Assembly: GCA_964291235.2 (NCBI GenBank)
Contig: OZ219815.1
Coordinates: 1,216,001 to 1,280,000, forward strand
DNA: 64,000 nt
Reading direction: 5' to 3'
DNA from: Vicinamibacteria bacterium
GTDB lineage: Bacteria > Acidobacteriota > Vicinamibacteria > Marinacidobacterales > Marinacidobacteraceae
Both the position numbers and the translations under genes were made by a program. The notes under the pieces are model-generated. The model searched no databases, was not told the origin of the DNA, and saw only the letters and a program-made list of their open reading frames with translations. This document shows, piece by piece, positions 25,560 through 35,065 of this stretch. Numbering within the stretch: the stretch's first letter is position 1; each line of letters begins with the position of its first letter.

Positions 25560-26207
25560 ATGAGAAGGCTTCTAGTGTTAGCGGGTACCCTGCTCGCGGG
25601 GATAGCAGCGAGTGGACAGCAGGCTCGCGCTCCGATGGGCACCGGTCCGTGGAACCCTCCGCAGGAGGGGAAGCTGGCAGCCGGAGAGAGCACGACATTC
25701 CCTGTGCGAATCCAGGAAGGGGTCGATTACATCATCCACGGGCTTTGTGACGAGGACTGCAACCTCATGGTGCGTGATCCTCTGGGCGAGACGCTCGACG
25801 AGGACGCCGCGATGGACCCAGTGCCGGTGCTGCTTTTGACGGCTGCGGTAACCGGGCTCGTGAACGTGGAGGTCTCCTGTCCGGTTGATGCGTGCGAGTG
25901 GAGCGTCCGGACGGAGGAAAAGAGGACAGGGAGCCTCGACCAGCGCGGTCGGGTAAGTATTCCACTCGTTCTCCAAAACGGCATGCGGTACCGGGTAAGC
26001 GGAACATGCGATTCGGACTGTGATGATCTGGACCTGCTACTCCGCAGTCCAAGCGGAAAGATAGTGGCGGAGGACACGTTGCCGGACAACTACCCTGTCC
26101 TGCTGATCGAGCCGGATCAGGGTGGGGAGTTCGCGCTGGTCGTTGAAATGGTCGAGTGCTCGGTCGAGCCATGCTATTGGCAGGTAATGGCGTCCCCGGA
26201 GAGCTAA
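25560..26207 (+). CDS. Secreted protein with two PPC-like beta-sandwich repeats
   Basis: Signal peptide; repeats GLCDEDC...D..PV...C..CEW and GTCDSDCDDLDL...D..PV...CSVEPCYW. Confidence 0.7.
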   Translation: MRRLLVLAGTLLAGIAASGQQARAPMGTGPWNPPQEGKLAAGESTTFPVRIQEGVDYIIHGLCDEDCNLMVRDPLGETLDEDAAMDPVPVLLLTAAVTGLVNVEVSCPVDACEWSVRTEEKRTGSLDQRGRVSIPLVLQNGMRYRVSGTCDSDCDDLDLLLRSPSGKIVAEDTLPDNYPVLLIEPDQGGEFALVVEMVECSVEPCYWQVMASPES

Positions 26208-26655
26208 ACGGCCACCGTCGTCGGGCAGTACCCGTCGCAGTTCAGTCTCGCCATACGGGAACTCGTGACCGCTGCAGCAGCGCGAGCAGGTAGCCCGCCA
26301 AGAAAAAGAGCATCCGCATGGCTGGGAAACCCGGACAACAGCATGAACGGTGCCGCCCCTCGGAATTCGTGGGGCGGCTGGTGGGATGGTCCGAGCGACG
26401 ATGCCGTATAAATGTCCTATTGTTCTGGGTTTAGAGAGTCTATTCGACAGACACCCTCTCCGCCGGTTGGGGCTGGTGCGCCCGGGCGTCTTCCGGTGCC
26501 GGGCCGGGCGGTGTCCCCACCGGTCGCCGAGCACTCTCGTGTCACTTTGATGATCGGATGGAGAAACTGACAAGAAGCAAGAGCCCCCGCCGCGATCGAG
26601 TCGGCGGTGCTCCCAACTTCTGTCATCTGAAATGAGCCGACGCGGGTGAAGAGTG

Positions 26656-27876
26656 ATGTTTGAACTTTCGGGCACCCAAGTCTCGCTTCGCGACGAAGCG
26701 CGTGAACTGGCCGAACAGGAGATCGCGCCGCGCGCCGCCGAGGTGGACCGGACGGAGGCCTACCCGTGGGCCAACGTGGAGGCGTTGACCGCGGCCGGTT
26801 TCATGGGCATGACGATCCCGAAGGAGTACGGCGGCCCCGGCCTGACCTGTCTGGATGCGGTCCCAGTCATCGAACAGCTAGCCCGGGTCTGCGGCGTGAC
26901 CGCCCGCATTGTCGTGGAGGCCAACATGGGCGCGATCGGCGCGATCATGCGGTACGGCTCCGAGGCGCAGAAGAGGCTCGCGGCCGAGCTGGTGCTCTCG
27001 GGGGACAAGCCCGCGATCTGCATTACCGAGCCCGCTGCCGGGAGCGCGGCTACCGAGATGACGACCCGCGCCGACAGGAAGGGCGGGCACTTCGTCCTCA
27101 ACGGAGTCAAGCACTGGATCACGGGCGGCGGGGTGTCCCGGCTCCATCTCATCTTCGCCCGGGTGTTCGAGGACGGGATCGAGCAGGGGATAGGGGGCTT
27201 CATGGTTGTTCGCTGTCCGGACACCGGCGCTCCGGACGGCCTCCGGATCGGCCGCCGCGAGCCGGCCATGGGCCTCTGCGGCCTACCCGAGACGGAGATC
27301 CTGCTTGAAGACCTGGAAGTGTCTGACGACACGATCGTCATCCCGCCGGAAGGCCTTCGGCGTGGCTTCGCGGGCCTGATGAACGCCTACAACGGCCAGC
27401 GGGTCGGAGCGGCGACGGTGGCGCTCGGCATCGCGCAGGGCGCTTACGAGCTGGCGCTCGACTACAGCCGGACGCGCGAGCAGTTCGGGCGGCCCATCTG
27501 CGAGTTCCAGGGTCTGCAGTGGATGCTCGCCGACATGGCGACGGCGCTCGACGCCGCGCGGCTGATGATCTGGCGGGCCGCCGCCGGCGCGGACAAGTCG
27601 GGCTTCCCCGATGCCACCGAGGCGGCCCAGGCCAAGATCCTGGCCTCCGAGACCGCCGTGAAGGTCACGAACGATGCGCTGCAGATGTTCGGCGCCGCCG
27701 GCTATTCGCGGAACCGTCCGCTCGAACGCATGGTCCGTGATGCTCGCATGTTCACGATCGGCGGCGGCACCGCACAGATCCTGCGGACGCTGGTCGCTTC
27801 CCGCCTGCTCGGACGCAAACTGCCGCAGACCCGCGACGGCTACGTTGGGCCCGGGATCGAGGGGCGAGAGCCGTGA
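26656..27876 (+). CDS. Acyl-CoA dehydrogenase family, probable 3-sulfinopropanoyl-CoA desulfinase
   Basis: KPAICITEP.AGSAATEM, KHWITGGGVSRLHLIFARV, REQFGRPI, RMFTIGGGTAQ, LPQTRDGY tail. Confidence 0.8.
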   Translation: MFELSGTQVSLRDEARELAEQEIAPRAAEVDRTEAYPWANVEALTAAGFMGMTIPKEYGGPGLTCLDAVPVIEQLARVCGVTARIVVEANMGAIGAIMRYGSEAQKRLAAELVLSGDKPAICITEPAAGSAATEMTTRADRKGGHFVLNGVKHWITGGGVSRLHLIFARVFEDGIEQGIGGFMVVRCPDTGAPDGLRIGRREPAMGLCGLPETEILLEDLEVSDDTIVIPPEGLRRGFAGLMNAYNGQRVGAATVALGIAQGAYELALDYSRTREQFGRPICEFQGLQWMLADMATALDAARLMIWRAAAGADKSGFPDATEAAQAKILASETAVKVTNDALQMFGAAGYSRNRPLERMVRDARMFTIGGGTAQILRTLVASRLLGRKLPQTRDGYVGPGIEGREP

Positions 27877-27882
27877 CGTGGC

Positions 27883-28085
27883 TAGCAGCCTGTGGTGAAA
27901 CCCCCGTGAGCGCCGAGAGTGGCGAGGCCCAGTTCTCCCGGTGGGGGCCCGGCTGACAAGGCGCGTGAGGGAGGAATACCGGGTGTATTTCGACCGAAAC
28001 GCAACGATGAGCGCCGCAAGGCGGCGCGGTTCAGGCGGGATGCATCGCCGCTCGAACGCCGCGGGGGTTTTGCCACAGGCTGCTA
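27883..28085. mobile_element. MITE-like element with 24-bp terminal inverted repeats
   Basis: TAGCAGCCTGTGGTGAAACCCCCG (27883-27906) vs CGGGGGTTTTGCCACAGGCTGCTA (28062-28085), 2 mismatches; no ORF of note. Confidence 0.7.
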
Positions 28086-28141
28086 CCGCGGCAGGTCGGA
28101 TTGCCGAACGCCCGCCCGAGGCTGTCTGACGGTGGATCTTG

Positions 28142-28513
28142 CTAGCGCTCGGCGCGGCGAGCCATCTCAGCGCGGAACAAGCGCCGAACCCTGCGAATTC
28201 GCCGCCGGTTGACTCCGAAATCGAACGTGCCGGAACGGGCGGCCGAGCGCATGTGAATCACGCTGTCGGCCGGAGCCGCCAGGAATTCCACATCGTCGAT
28301 ATAGCCCTTGGGGCTTCGGGCGAGCGCGTGGAGGTACGAGCCGTCGAACGAGACGACTTCCGTGCGCGGCAGCTGCGAGAGCACCATTTTCAGAGCCTCA
28401 AACGCCGCGGCGAAATCCTGTATGCCCCGGAGCGGCGCGACGTAGTTCCAGACCGGCCAGCGGTACTGGGAGCACACCCCCGTCCGCGCGACGGGATCGC
28501 AGGGCTTCAGCAT
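28142..28513 (-). CDS. DUF1499-family protein
   Basis: YLHA..RS..GYIDDVEF...IHMRSAARSG.FDFGVNRRRI. Confidence 0.75.
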   Translation of the reverse strand: MLKPCDPVARTGVCSQYRWPVWNYVAPLRGIQDFAAAFEALKMVLSQLPRTEVVSFDGSYLHALARSPKGYIDDVEFLAAPADSVIHMRSAARSGTFDFGVNRRRIRRVRRLFRAEMARRAER

Positions 28514-28630
28514 GTGAACTGGAAGGGGACGACAAGCGCCCGACCGGGCGACGGTGGTCCGCAGCCTCCACAGTACGGGGTTTCAGAAACGAACTTGACG
28601 CTTCCGCCCGAACAACCAACAATCCGCGCC

Positions 28631-28900
28631 ATGAGGCCGAACTGGCGCCGGATGCTCCCGTGGGCCGCCGTAGTGGCGCTCGCGCTGCTGGCCTTCAGCG
28701 CCATCCCTCATCTGCACGACGAGGTCGATGGGCAGGGGGACCACTGCGTCCTCTGCTACGCCCAGGACGCGCCCTTCATCGTGTCCGGCCTCCCGGCGAA
28801 TCCGGACCTGGACGTCCGCGCCGCGGTCCTTCCGGTTGCCGCCCCGCGCGTCCACGGGATCACGCCCACGGGGGGCGGCTCCCGGGCGCCGCCCGCCTGA
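28631..28900 (+). CDS. DUF2946-like leader protein with CxxC and C-terminal RAPP
   Basis: Signal/TM, HLH..DHCVLC, ends SRAPPA; directly upstream of the ABC operon. Confidence 0.75.
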   Translation: MRPNWRRMLPWAAVVALALLAFSAIPHLHDEVDGQGDHCVLCYAQDAPFIVSGLPANPDLDVRAAVLPVAAPRVHGITPTGGGSRAPPA

Positions 28901-29004
28901 CTCCGCAACAGCCCTAGTCGGCCCCGAGCCGGCCAATCCGTCCTGTTGTTGCGCCCGCGCCCGCTCCGGTGCGCCGGCGTTCCCTCATTTGGGAGGAGAA
29001 TCAG

Positions 29005-29793
29005 ATGTCCACCCAGGCAGTCCTGGAGGCCCCCGCCACGAGCGAGGCCCCACCCATTCCCGTCCACGCGGCGGAACTCGAGGATCCCATCCTCGAGGCC
29101 CGCTCCCTCGTCAAGCGCTACGGCGCCCTTGAAGCCGTTGCCGGCCTCGACCTGTCCATTCGGCCCGGCGAGGTCTACTGTTTGCTGGGCCCGAACGGCG
29201 CCGGTAAGACCACCACCATCCACCTGTTCCTCGGGTTCATCGAACCGAGTTCCGGCCGCGTCCGGGTCTCCGGCTTCGATGTGGCAGAGAGCGCGCTCGA
29301 AGCAAGACGGCGACTGGCCTACGTGCCCGAGCAGGTCATGCTCTACCGCAACCTCAGCGGGCTCGAGAACCTCGAGTACTTCGCGGCCCTCGGCGGCCGG
29401 GAGACGCTCTCGACGAAGCGCCTGACCGACATTCTGGTGGATGTCGGGTTGCCCCTCCCGGCGGTCCGGCGCCGCGTTGCGGAGTACTCGAAGGGCATGC
29501 GCCAGAAGGTCGGGATCGCCATCGCGGTCGCGAAGGACGCCGAGGCGCTGCTGCTCGACGAGCCCACCTCCGGCCTCGACCCCAAGGCCTCCCGGGAGTT
29601 CTCCGAGTTGATCGAGACGCTCCGGAGCCGGGGGGTGGCGGTGCTGATGGCGACCCACGACCTGTTTCGCGCGAAGGAGTCGGGAACCCGGATCGGGATC
29701 ATGCGGCACGGCCGGCTGGTCACCGAACTGAGCACCGGCGAGATCGGCCACGCCGATCTCGAGCGCATCTACCTCGACCACATGCATGAGTAG
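29005..29793 (+). CDS. ABC transporter ATP-binding protein
   Basis: GPNGAGKTT, YSKGMRQK, LLLDEPTSGLD, ATHD. Confidence 0.95.
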   Translation: MSTQAVLEAPATSEAPPIPVHAAELEDPILEARSLVKRYGALEAVAGLDLSIRPGEVYCLLGPNGAGKTTTIHLFLGFIEPSSGRVRVSGFDVAESALEARRRLAYVPEQVMLYRNLSGLENLEYFAALGGRETLSTKRLTDILVDVGLPLPAVRRRVAEYSKGMRQKVGIAIAVAKDAEALLLDEPTSGLDPKASREFSELIETLRSRGVAVLMATHDLFRAKESGTRIGIMRHGRLVTELSTGEIGHADLERIYLDHMHE

Positions 29794-31213
29794 GAGGGAC
29801 GTGATGATCCGACACATCGTCAGAAAAGAGTTCACCGACCTGCTCCGGGACGGCCGCTTCCGCTGGTGCGCGGCCATCGTGGGCGTTTTGCTGCTCGTCT
29901 CGCTGGGAAGCGGGTGGGTCGAGACCCGGCGCGCCGAAGCAGCCCACTCCGCGGCGCGGGAGACGGCCCGCGACCACTGGGAGTCCCAGGGGGAGAAGAA
30001 CCCCCACTCGGCGGCCCACTACGGCATCTACGCCTTCAAGCCCCGGCTTCCCCTGTCGTTTCTGGACCAGGGAGTCGATCCCTACACCGGAACCTCGGTC
30101 TGGCTGGAAGCCCACCGCCAGAACGACTTCCTCATGCGCCCGGCGCAGGACGCCACCGCCGGCCAGCGTCTCGGGGCGCTCACGGCAGCGCAGGTCCTTC
30201 AGTACCTGGTGCCGCTGCTGATCATCCTGCTCGCTTTCGGCGCTCTCGCGGGGGAGCGCGAACAGGGCACGCTCAGGCAGCTCCTCGCCACCGGGATCTC
30301 CCGGCGAGATCTGGGGCTCGGCAAGGCGCTAGGGGTGGCGGGCGCCCTCGCGCTGCTCCTGGTTCCGGCGGCGATCGTGGGAAGCGCTGCCATCGCCATC
30401 GGCAGCCCGGGCCCGGGGGCCACGCCGTTCGCGCGGGGCGGGGTCCTGGCCGTCAGCTATCTGGCCTACTTCGGGGTCTTCGTGGCGCTGTCCATCGCGA
30501 TATCGGCGTGGGTCCGGTCGGCCCGGACCGCGCTGGTGGCGCTGCTCGGGATCTGGGTGCTGAACGGACTGGTGGCGCCGCGCGTCGCGGTGGACCTCTC
30601 GAAGTGGCTGCACCCGACGCCTTCGGCGGTCGAGTTCGCCCGCACCATGGAGCGCGAGATCGCCTCCGGCGTTCCCGGCATCGAGCGGCCCGACCGCGGC
30701 GAGACGACCGCCCGCCTGCTCGCGGAGCACGGCGTGGAGACTGTCGATGACCTTCCCGTGAACGTCATCGGCGTGTACCTCCAGGAGAGCGAGGAGTTCG
30801 CCAACCGGATCTTCGACCGCAACTACGGCGCCCTCTGGAACCGGTTCGGACGGCAGGGAGTGGTTCACGAGGCGCTCTCCGTCGCGGCGCCGCTGCTCGC
30901 GGTGCGCACCCTCTCCATGGGGCTCGCCGGAACCGATGTCGAGCAACACCGGCACTTCGCCACCGCGGCGGAGGAGTACCGGAGGGACCTCATGCGCCGG
31001 ATGAACGGCGACCTGGCGGAGAACTCCCGCACCGGGGAGACCTACATCGCCACCGCGGACACCTGGGCGGAGGTTCCGCCCTTCCACTATGACGCCCCCT
31101 CGCTCGGATGGGTGCTGCAGAACCGGACCCTGTCCCTCGGCATGCTCGGGCTGTGGCTGGTGGGCGCGTTCCTGGTCGCCGGATCGCTGGTGCGGCGCGC
31201 CGAGGTGGCGTAA
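29786..31213 (+). CDS. ABC-2 permease (DUF3526-type)
   Basis: KNPHSAAHYG, GEREQGTLRQLL, multiple TMs. Confidence 0.85.
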   Translation: MSRRDVMIRHIVRKEFTDLLRDGRFRWCAAIVGVLLLVSLGSGWVETRRAEAAHSAARETARDHWESQGEKNPHSAAHYGIYAFKPRLPLSFLDQGVDPYTGTSVWLEAHRQNDFLMRPAQDATAGQRLGALTAAQVLQYLVPLLIILLAFGALAGEREQGTLRQLLATGISRRDLGLGKALGVAGALALLLVPAAIVGSAAIAIGSPGPGATPFARGGVLAVSYLAYFGVFVALSIAISAWVRSARTALVALLGIWVLNGLVAPRVAVDLSKWLHPTPSAVEFARTMEREIASGVPGIERPDRGETTARLLAEHGVETVDDLPVNVIGVYLQESEEFANRIFDRNYGALWNRFGRQGVVHEALSVAAPLLAVRTLSMGLAGTDVEQHRHFATAAEEYRRDLMRRMNGDLAENSRTGETYIATADTWAEVPPFHYDAPSLGWVLQNRTLSLGMLGLWLVGAFLVAGSLVRRAEVA

Positions 31214-31215
31214 CC

Positions 31216-32646
31216 ATGACCCTCTCTACTGTCCTGCGGAACGAGTGGCGCCTCCTCCGGGCCGACCGCGCGCTCGGGCTGGTGCTGGGAGTGTTCGCCC
31301 TCCTTTTCGCCTACGCGCTGGCGAACGGGATGGCGTGGGTCAATTTCCAGGAAGGGACCGTCGCCGCCGCCCGGGAAGGGAACGTCGAACGCGTCCAGGC
31401 CCTCGAAGCGGAGCTCGAGCGCATCGCGGAGGGCGGTCGCCCCTCCTCCCCGTTCCGCGACCCCCGGTCCCCCAGCGTCCTCGGGGGAGCTCCCGGGGCT
31501 CACACCGCGGTGCTGGACCCGGGCCCGCTGACCGCGCTCGCGGTGGGACAGACCGACCTCTTGCCTTACTACTACGACATCAGCATCCAGACCAACGAGT
31601 CCTCGTTCCTGCAAAACGGCGAGATCGAGAACCCGCTGAACCTGCTGGTGGGGCGCTTCGATCTGGCCTTCGTGCTGGTCTATCTGCTGCCGCTGCTGAT
31701 CCTGGCGCTCAGCTTCAACGTGCTCTCGGGCGAACGGGAGCAGGGAACGCTGGCGCTGACCCTCTCCCAGCCGGTCTCGGCCCGCGGGGTGGTGGCCGCC
31801 AAGCTGGCCTTCCGGGCGATCCTGGTGATGGGGCTGGCTCTCGGTGTCTCGTTGCTCGGGGTCCTCTTCACGGGAGGATTCGAGTCCCCGGGCCGGGTGG
31901 CACTCTGGTGCGCGGCGGTCGCCGCCTACGCGCTCTTCTGGTTCACCCTGGCCGCCTGGGTGAACGGCCTCGGGAGGTCCTCGGCGTGGAACGCCACGGT
32001 CCTGGTGGGCGCCTGGCTCTTGCTGGTCGTGGTCCTGCCGGCGAGCGTGAACATCGCCGCGGGGCTGCTCCATCCGTTGCCGTCCCGGGTGGAGATGATC
32101 ACCGCCCAGCGCGAGGCCTCGAACGAGGCCGTGAACCAGCGGAGCGAACTGCTGGCGCGCTATCTCGAGGATCACCCCGAGCTGGCCGGCGGGGTGGCGG
32201 CGGACGAGGCGAATCGCGCCGCGTTGGCGTGGGCCGCGACCGATGCGGTGAATCGCCGGCTCGAAGAAGTGACCGGCGTGTACGACGAGCGCCTCGCCGC
32301 CCAGCGGACCCTGGTGCGCCGCTACCGTTTCCTGTCCCCGGCGCTCCTGGCCCAGGAGGCGCTGCTGGATGCGGCCGGTACGGGAGACGCGCGCTTTGCG
32401 CTCTTCCGGTCCCAGGTCCGTGAATTCGCGGACCACTGGCGGAGCTTCTTCGTCCCCGCCATCCTCGCTGGCGAACGGATGACGGCCGACGTCCTTCCCG
32501 GGGTCCCGTCGTTCCGGTTCGTGGACGAGCGGGTCGACGATGTCACGGCCCGGGCGGCGGTTCCGCTCACCACGCTCGGGGCCCTTCTGGTCCTGGTCGG
32601 CGCCGGCGCGGTCGGACGCCTGAGGAGAGTGACCGGCCCCGGTTAG
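31216..32646 (+). CDS. ABC-2 permease (DUF3526-type), second subunit
   Basis: LAVGQTDLLP, ENPLNLLVGRFDLAFV, GEREQGTL. Confidence 0.85.
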   Translation: MTLSTVLRNEWRLLRADRALGLVLGVFALLFAYALANGMAWVNFQEGTVAAAREGNVERVQALEAELERIAEGGRPSSPFRDPRSPSVLGGAPGAHTAVLDPGPLTALAVGQTDLLPYYYDISIQTNESSFLQNGEIENPLNLLVGRFDLAFVLVYLLPLLILALSFNVLSGEREQGTLALTLSQPVSARGVVAAKLAFRAILVMGLALGVSLLGVLFTGGFESPGRVALWCAAVAAYALFWFTLAAWVNGLGRSSAWNATVLVGAWLLLVVVLPASVNIAAGLLHPLPSRVEMITAQREASNEAVNQRSELLARYLEDHPELAGGVAADEANRAALAWAATDAVNRRLEEVTGVYDERLAAQRTLVRRYRFLSPALLAQEALLDAAGTGDARFALFRSQVREFADHWRSFFVPAILAGERMTADVLPGVPSFRFVDERVDDVTARAAVPLTTLGALLVLVGAGAVGRLRRVTGPG

Positions 32647-32761
32647 GAGGGGGGGTCGTCGCGCGACACCGGAGGTACCCTGAACAACTGTCCCCGGCTG
32701 GCCTTCTGTCGGAAGCTGCTGGCCGGGTGACGCCGGCGCCGCCTCCTCCGCGCCTCCTCCC

Positions 32762-33943
32762 ATGACCTCGCCCCCCTACGACGCCATCGTCATCGGCGTC
32801 GGGGGCATGGGCAGTGGGACCGTCTACCACCTCGCGAAGAGCGGTGCCCGGGTGGTCGGCCTCGAACGCTTCGACATCCCCCATACGTTCGGCTCGTCCC
32901 ACGGGCTGACCCGCATCATCCGCCTCGCGTATTCCGAGGGCTCCCACTACGTCCCGCTGCTGCGGGAGGCCTATCGGCTCTGGCGCGAACTCGAGGACGC
33001 CTCCGGCGAGTCCATCCTCCGGGTGACCGGCGGCCTCGACATCGGGCCCCCCTCGGGGGGCATTGTCCAGGGTTCCCGGAAGTCCTGCGTCGAACACGGC
33101 CTGCCGTTCGAGGAACTCGACGCCGGGGAGGTGAACCGGCGGTTCCCCGGCTATCAGCTTCCTCCGGAGATGGACGCGATCCACCAGCCGGACGCGGGAT
33201 ACCTGCACAGCGAGACGGCGATTTCGGCCCACGTCGCGGCGGCGCGCGACCTCGGCGCCGAGATCGCCACCGGCGTCCGGGTGTTGGGATGGGAGAGGAC
33301 TCCGGCGGGGCTACGCGTCGAGACGGATGCCGGCCGCTACGAAGCGAGAAAGCTGGTAATCGCGGCCGGTTCGTGGGTCGGCGACCTGCTGCCGGACCTC
33401 GGGGCGAGGTGCCGGCCCGTCCGGCAGGTCATGCTGTGGACGGACCCGCTCGATCCACCGGTATTCGAGCCGGACCGGTTCCCGGTGTTCGTTCTGGAAT
33501 CCCCGATCGGCAACTTCTACGGTTTTCCCGACAACCGGGGCGAGGGATTCAAGATCGGCAAGTTCCACCACCTCCGGCAGGACGTTCCCGATCCGGACGC
33601 CATGGATCGGGAGTGCCACCCGGAGGACGAGGCCGTTGTGCGCGAGGGGATCGAGGCCTTTTGTCCCCGCGCAAACGGCCCCACCCGCCGGATGACGGCG
33701 TGCATGTTCACGAACAGCCCGGACGGGCACTTCATCCTCGACCGTCATCCGGACGATGAGGACGTCTTCGTCGCCGCCGGGTTCTCGGGCCACGGCTTCA
33801 AATTCTGCGGCGTGGTCGGCCGGATCATGGCGGACTGGTGTCTGGAACGGCCGCCGAGGTGGGACCTGAGCCCATTCGGACTCAAGCATCACCGTCCTCC
33901 CCGGGTCGCGCACGCCCCGCCCGGCAGCGAAGGAGCCGCGTAG
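32762..33943 (+). CDS. solA: N-methyltryptophan/monomeric sarcosine oxidase
   Basis: GVGGMG FAD motif, GSSHGLTRIIRLAY, CMFTNSPDGHFILD, GFSGHGFKF. Confidence 0.9.
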   Translation: MTSPPYDAIVIGVGGMGSGTVYHLAKSGARVVGLERFDIPHTFGSSHGLTRIIRLAYSEGSHYVPLLREAYRLWRELEDASGESILRVTGGLDIGPPSGGIVQGSRKSCVEHGLPFEELDAGEVNRRFPGYQLPPEMDAIHQPDAGYLHSETAISAHVAAARDLGAEIATGVRVLGWERTPAGLRVETDAGRYEARKLVIAAGSWVGDLLPDLGARCRPVRQVMLWTDPLDPPVFEPDRFPVFVLESPIGNFYGFPDNRGEGFKIGKFHHLRQDVPDPDAMDRECHPEDEAVVREGIEAFCPRANGPTRRMTACMFTNSPDGHFILDRHPDDEDVFVAAGFSGHGFKFCGVVGRIMADWCLERPPRWDLSPFGLKHHRPPRVAHAPPGSEGAA

Positions 33944-34027
33944 AACGAAGGGTTTCGGCGGCTCGGGTTCCGGCGGGCCGGCCAGCTTTCCGTTTCGTCA
34001 TGCTGCGGGCTCGGTACCCTGCACCGG

Positions 34028-34948
34028 ATGAGGTTCCGAAGGCGCATCCGCTGGTCGGCGGCGTTCGGGCTTCTGCTCGTTCTCGGTGCGGCTCCTCCGC
34101 GGCAGCCATCCCCCTCCGCGATCACCGTCGCGACCTGGAACATCGCCTGGCTCGGCGACGGGGTTCGGGACGAGGTGCTGCGGGGCAATCAACGGGGTGG
34201 TCACTACCTCCGCCGGGAGGTCGATTTCGAGCGCCTCCGCGAGGTCGTGTCGAGGCTCGCGACTCTTGGCGTCGCGGCTGTCGGCCTGCAGGAGGTCGAA
34301 AACGCCGCTGCCGTCCGCCGGATCTTTCCGAAAGCGGAGTGGGACCTCTTCCTTTCCCGTCGCGACACCGATCCGGAATGGGCGCAGCGCACCGCCATCG
34401 TGGTGCGGCGCGCCGCGGGCTGGCGGGCCGAACACCACTCCGATGTCGTCGAATGGAATCCCCAGGGCCGCGACCGTCACGGAGTGGACGTGACCCTCAC
34501 GCGGGGAGAGGAGCGGGTGCGCGTCCTGACCCTTCATTTCCAGTCGGGTTGCCACGGGGATCCCCTGGACTCCGGAGAGCGGCCCTGCGGATTTCTGCGG
34601 ATGCAACTGGCGGTGCTCAAGGGCTGGCTCTTTGAGCGGCTGGGGGAGGGGACTCCCATCGTGGTGGCCGGCGATTGGAACCGGTTTCTTTCCCGTCCCG
34701 GCGACGAAGTGGCGAGGGCGCTGCCGGGGGATCCGGTCATCCTGCCGTCCGCGGGCAGTTCGCCGACCTGCTGGGGCGGCCACTTCGACCACTACGTGGA
34801 TCACGTGGTGGCGTTTGCTCCGCCAGGCTGGCAGGCGGTCTCCCGTGCCTTCGAAGAGGTGCGCTACCGGGCGCCGGATTCGCTTCGTGACCGGCTCTCC
34901 GACCACTGTCCGCTGGTCGCGACGCTGGCTTTCGAAGAGCGCCGGTAG
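34028..34948 (+). CDS. Secreted endonuclease/exonuclease/phosphatase family protein
   Basis: Signal peptide, ATWNIAWL, LQEVE, AGDWN, VDHV, SDHCP. Confidence 0.85.
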   Translation: MRFRRRIRWSAAFGLLLVLGAAPPRQPSPSAITVATWNIAWLGDGVRDEVLRGNQRGGHYLRREVDFERLREVVSRLATLGVAAVGLQEVENAAAVRRIFPKAEWDLFLSRRDTDPEWAQRTAIVVRRAAGWRAEHHSDVVEWNPQGRDRHGVDVTLTRGEERVRVLTLHFQSGCHGDPLDSGERPCGFLRMQLAVLKGWLFERLGEGTPIVVAGDWNRFLSRPGDEVARALPGDPVILPSAGSSPTCWGGHFDHYVDHVVAFAPPGWQAVSRAFEEVRYRAPDSLRDRLSDHCPLVATLAFEERR

Positions 34949-35065
34949 GCCCCTTCGGCAGAAAATGACGGACACTTAAGTTTCTGCTTGAAGTGCCGGC
35001 GACAGGCTGTCGTACACTGACCGTTTCTGTCTCCTCCGGCCCCTCCCTTCCGTCTCGAAGCCACC

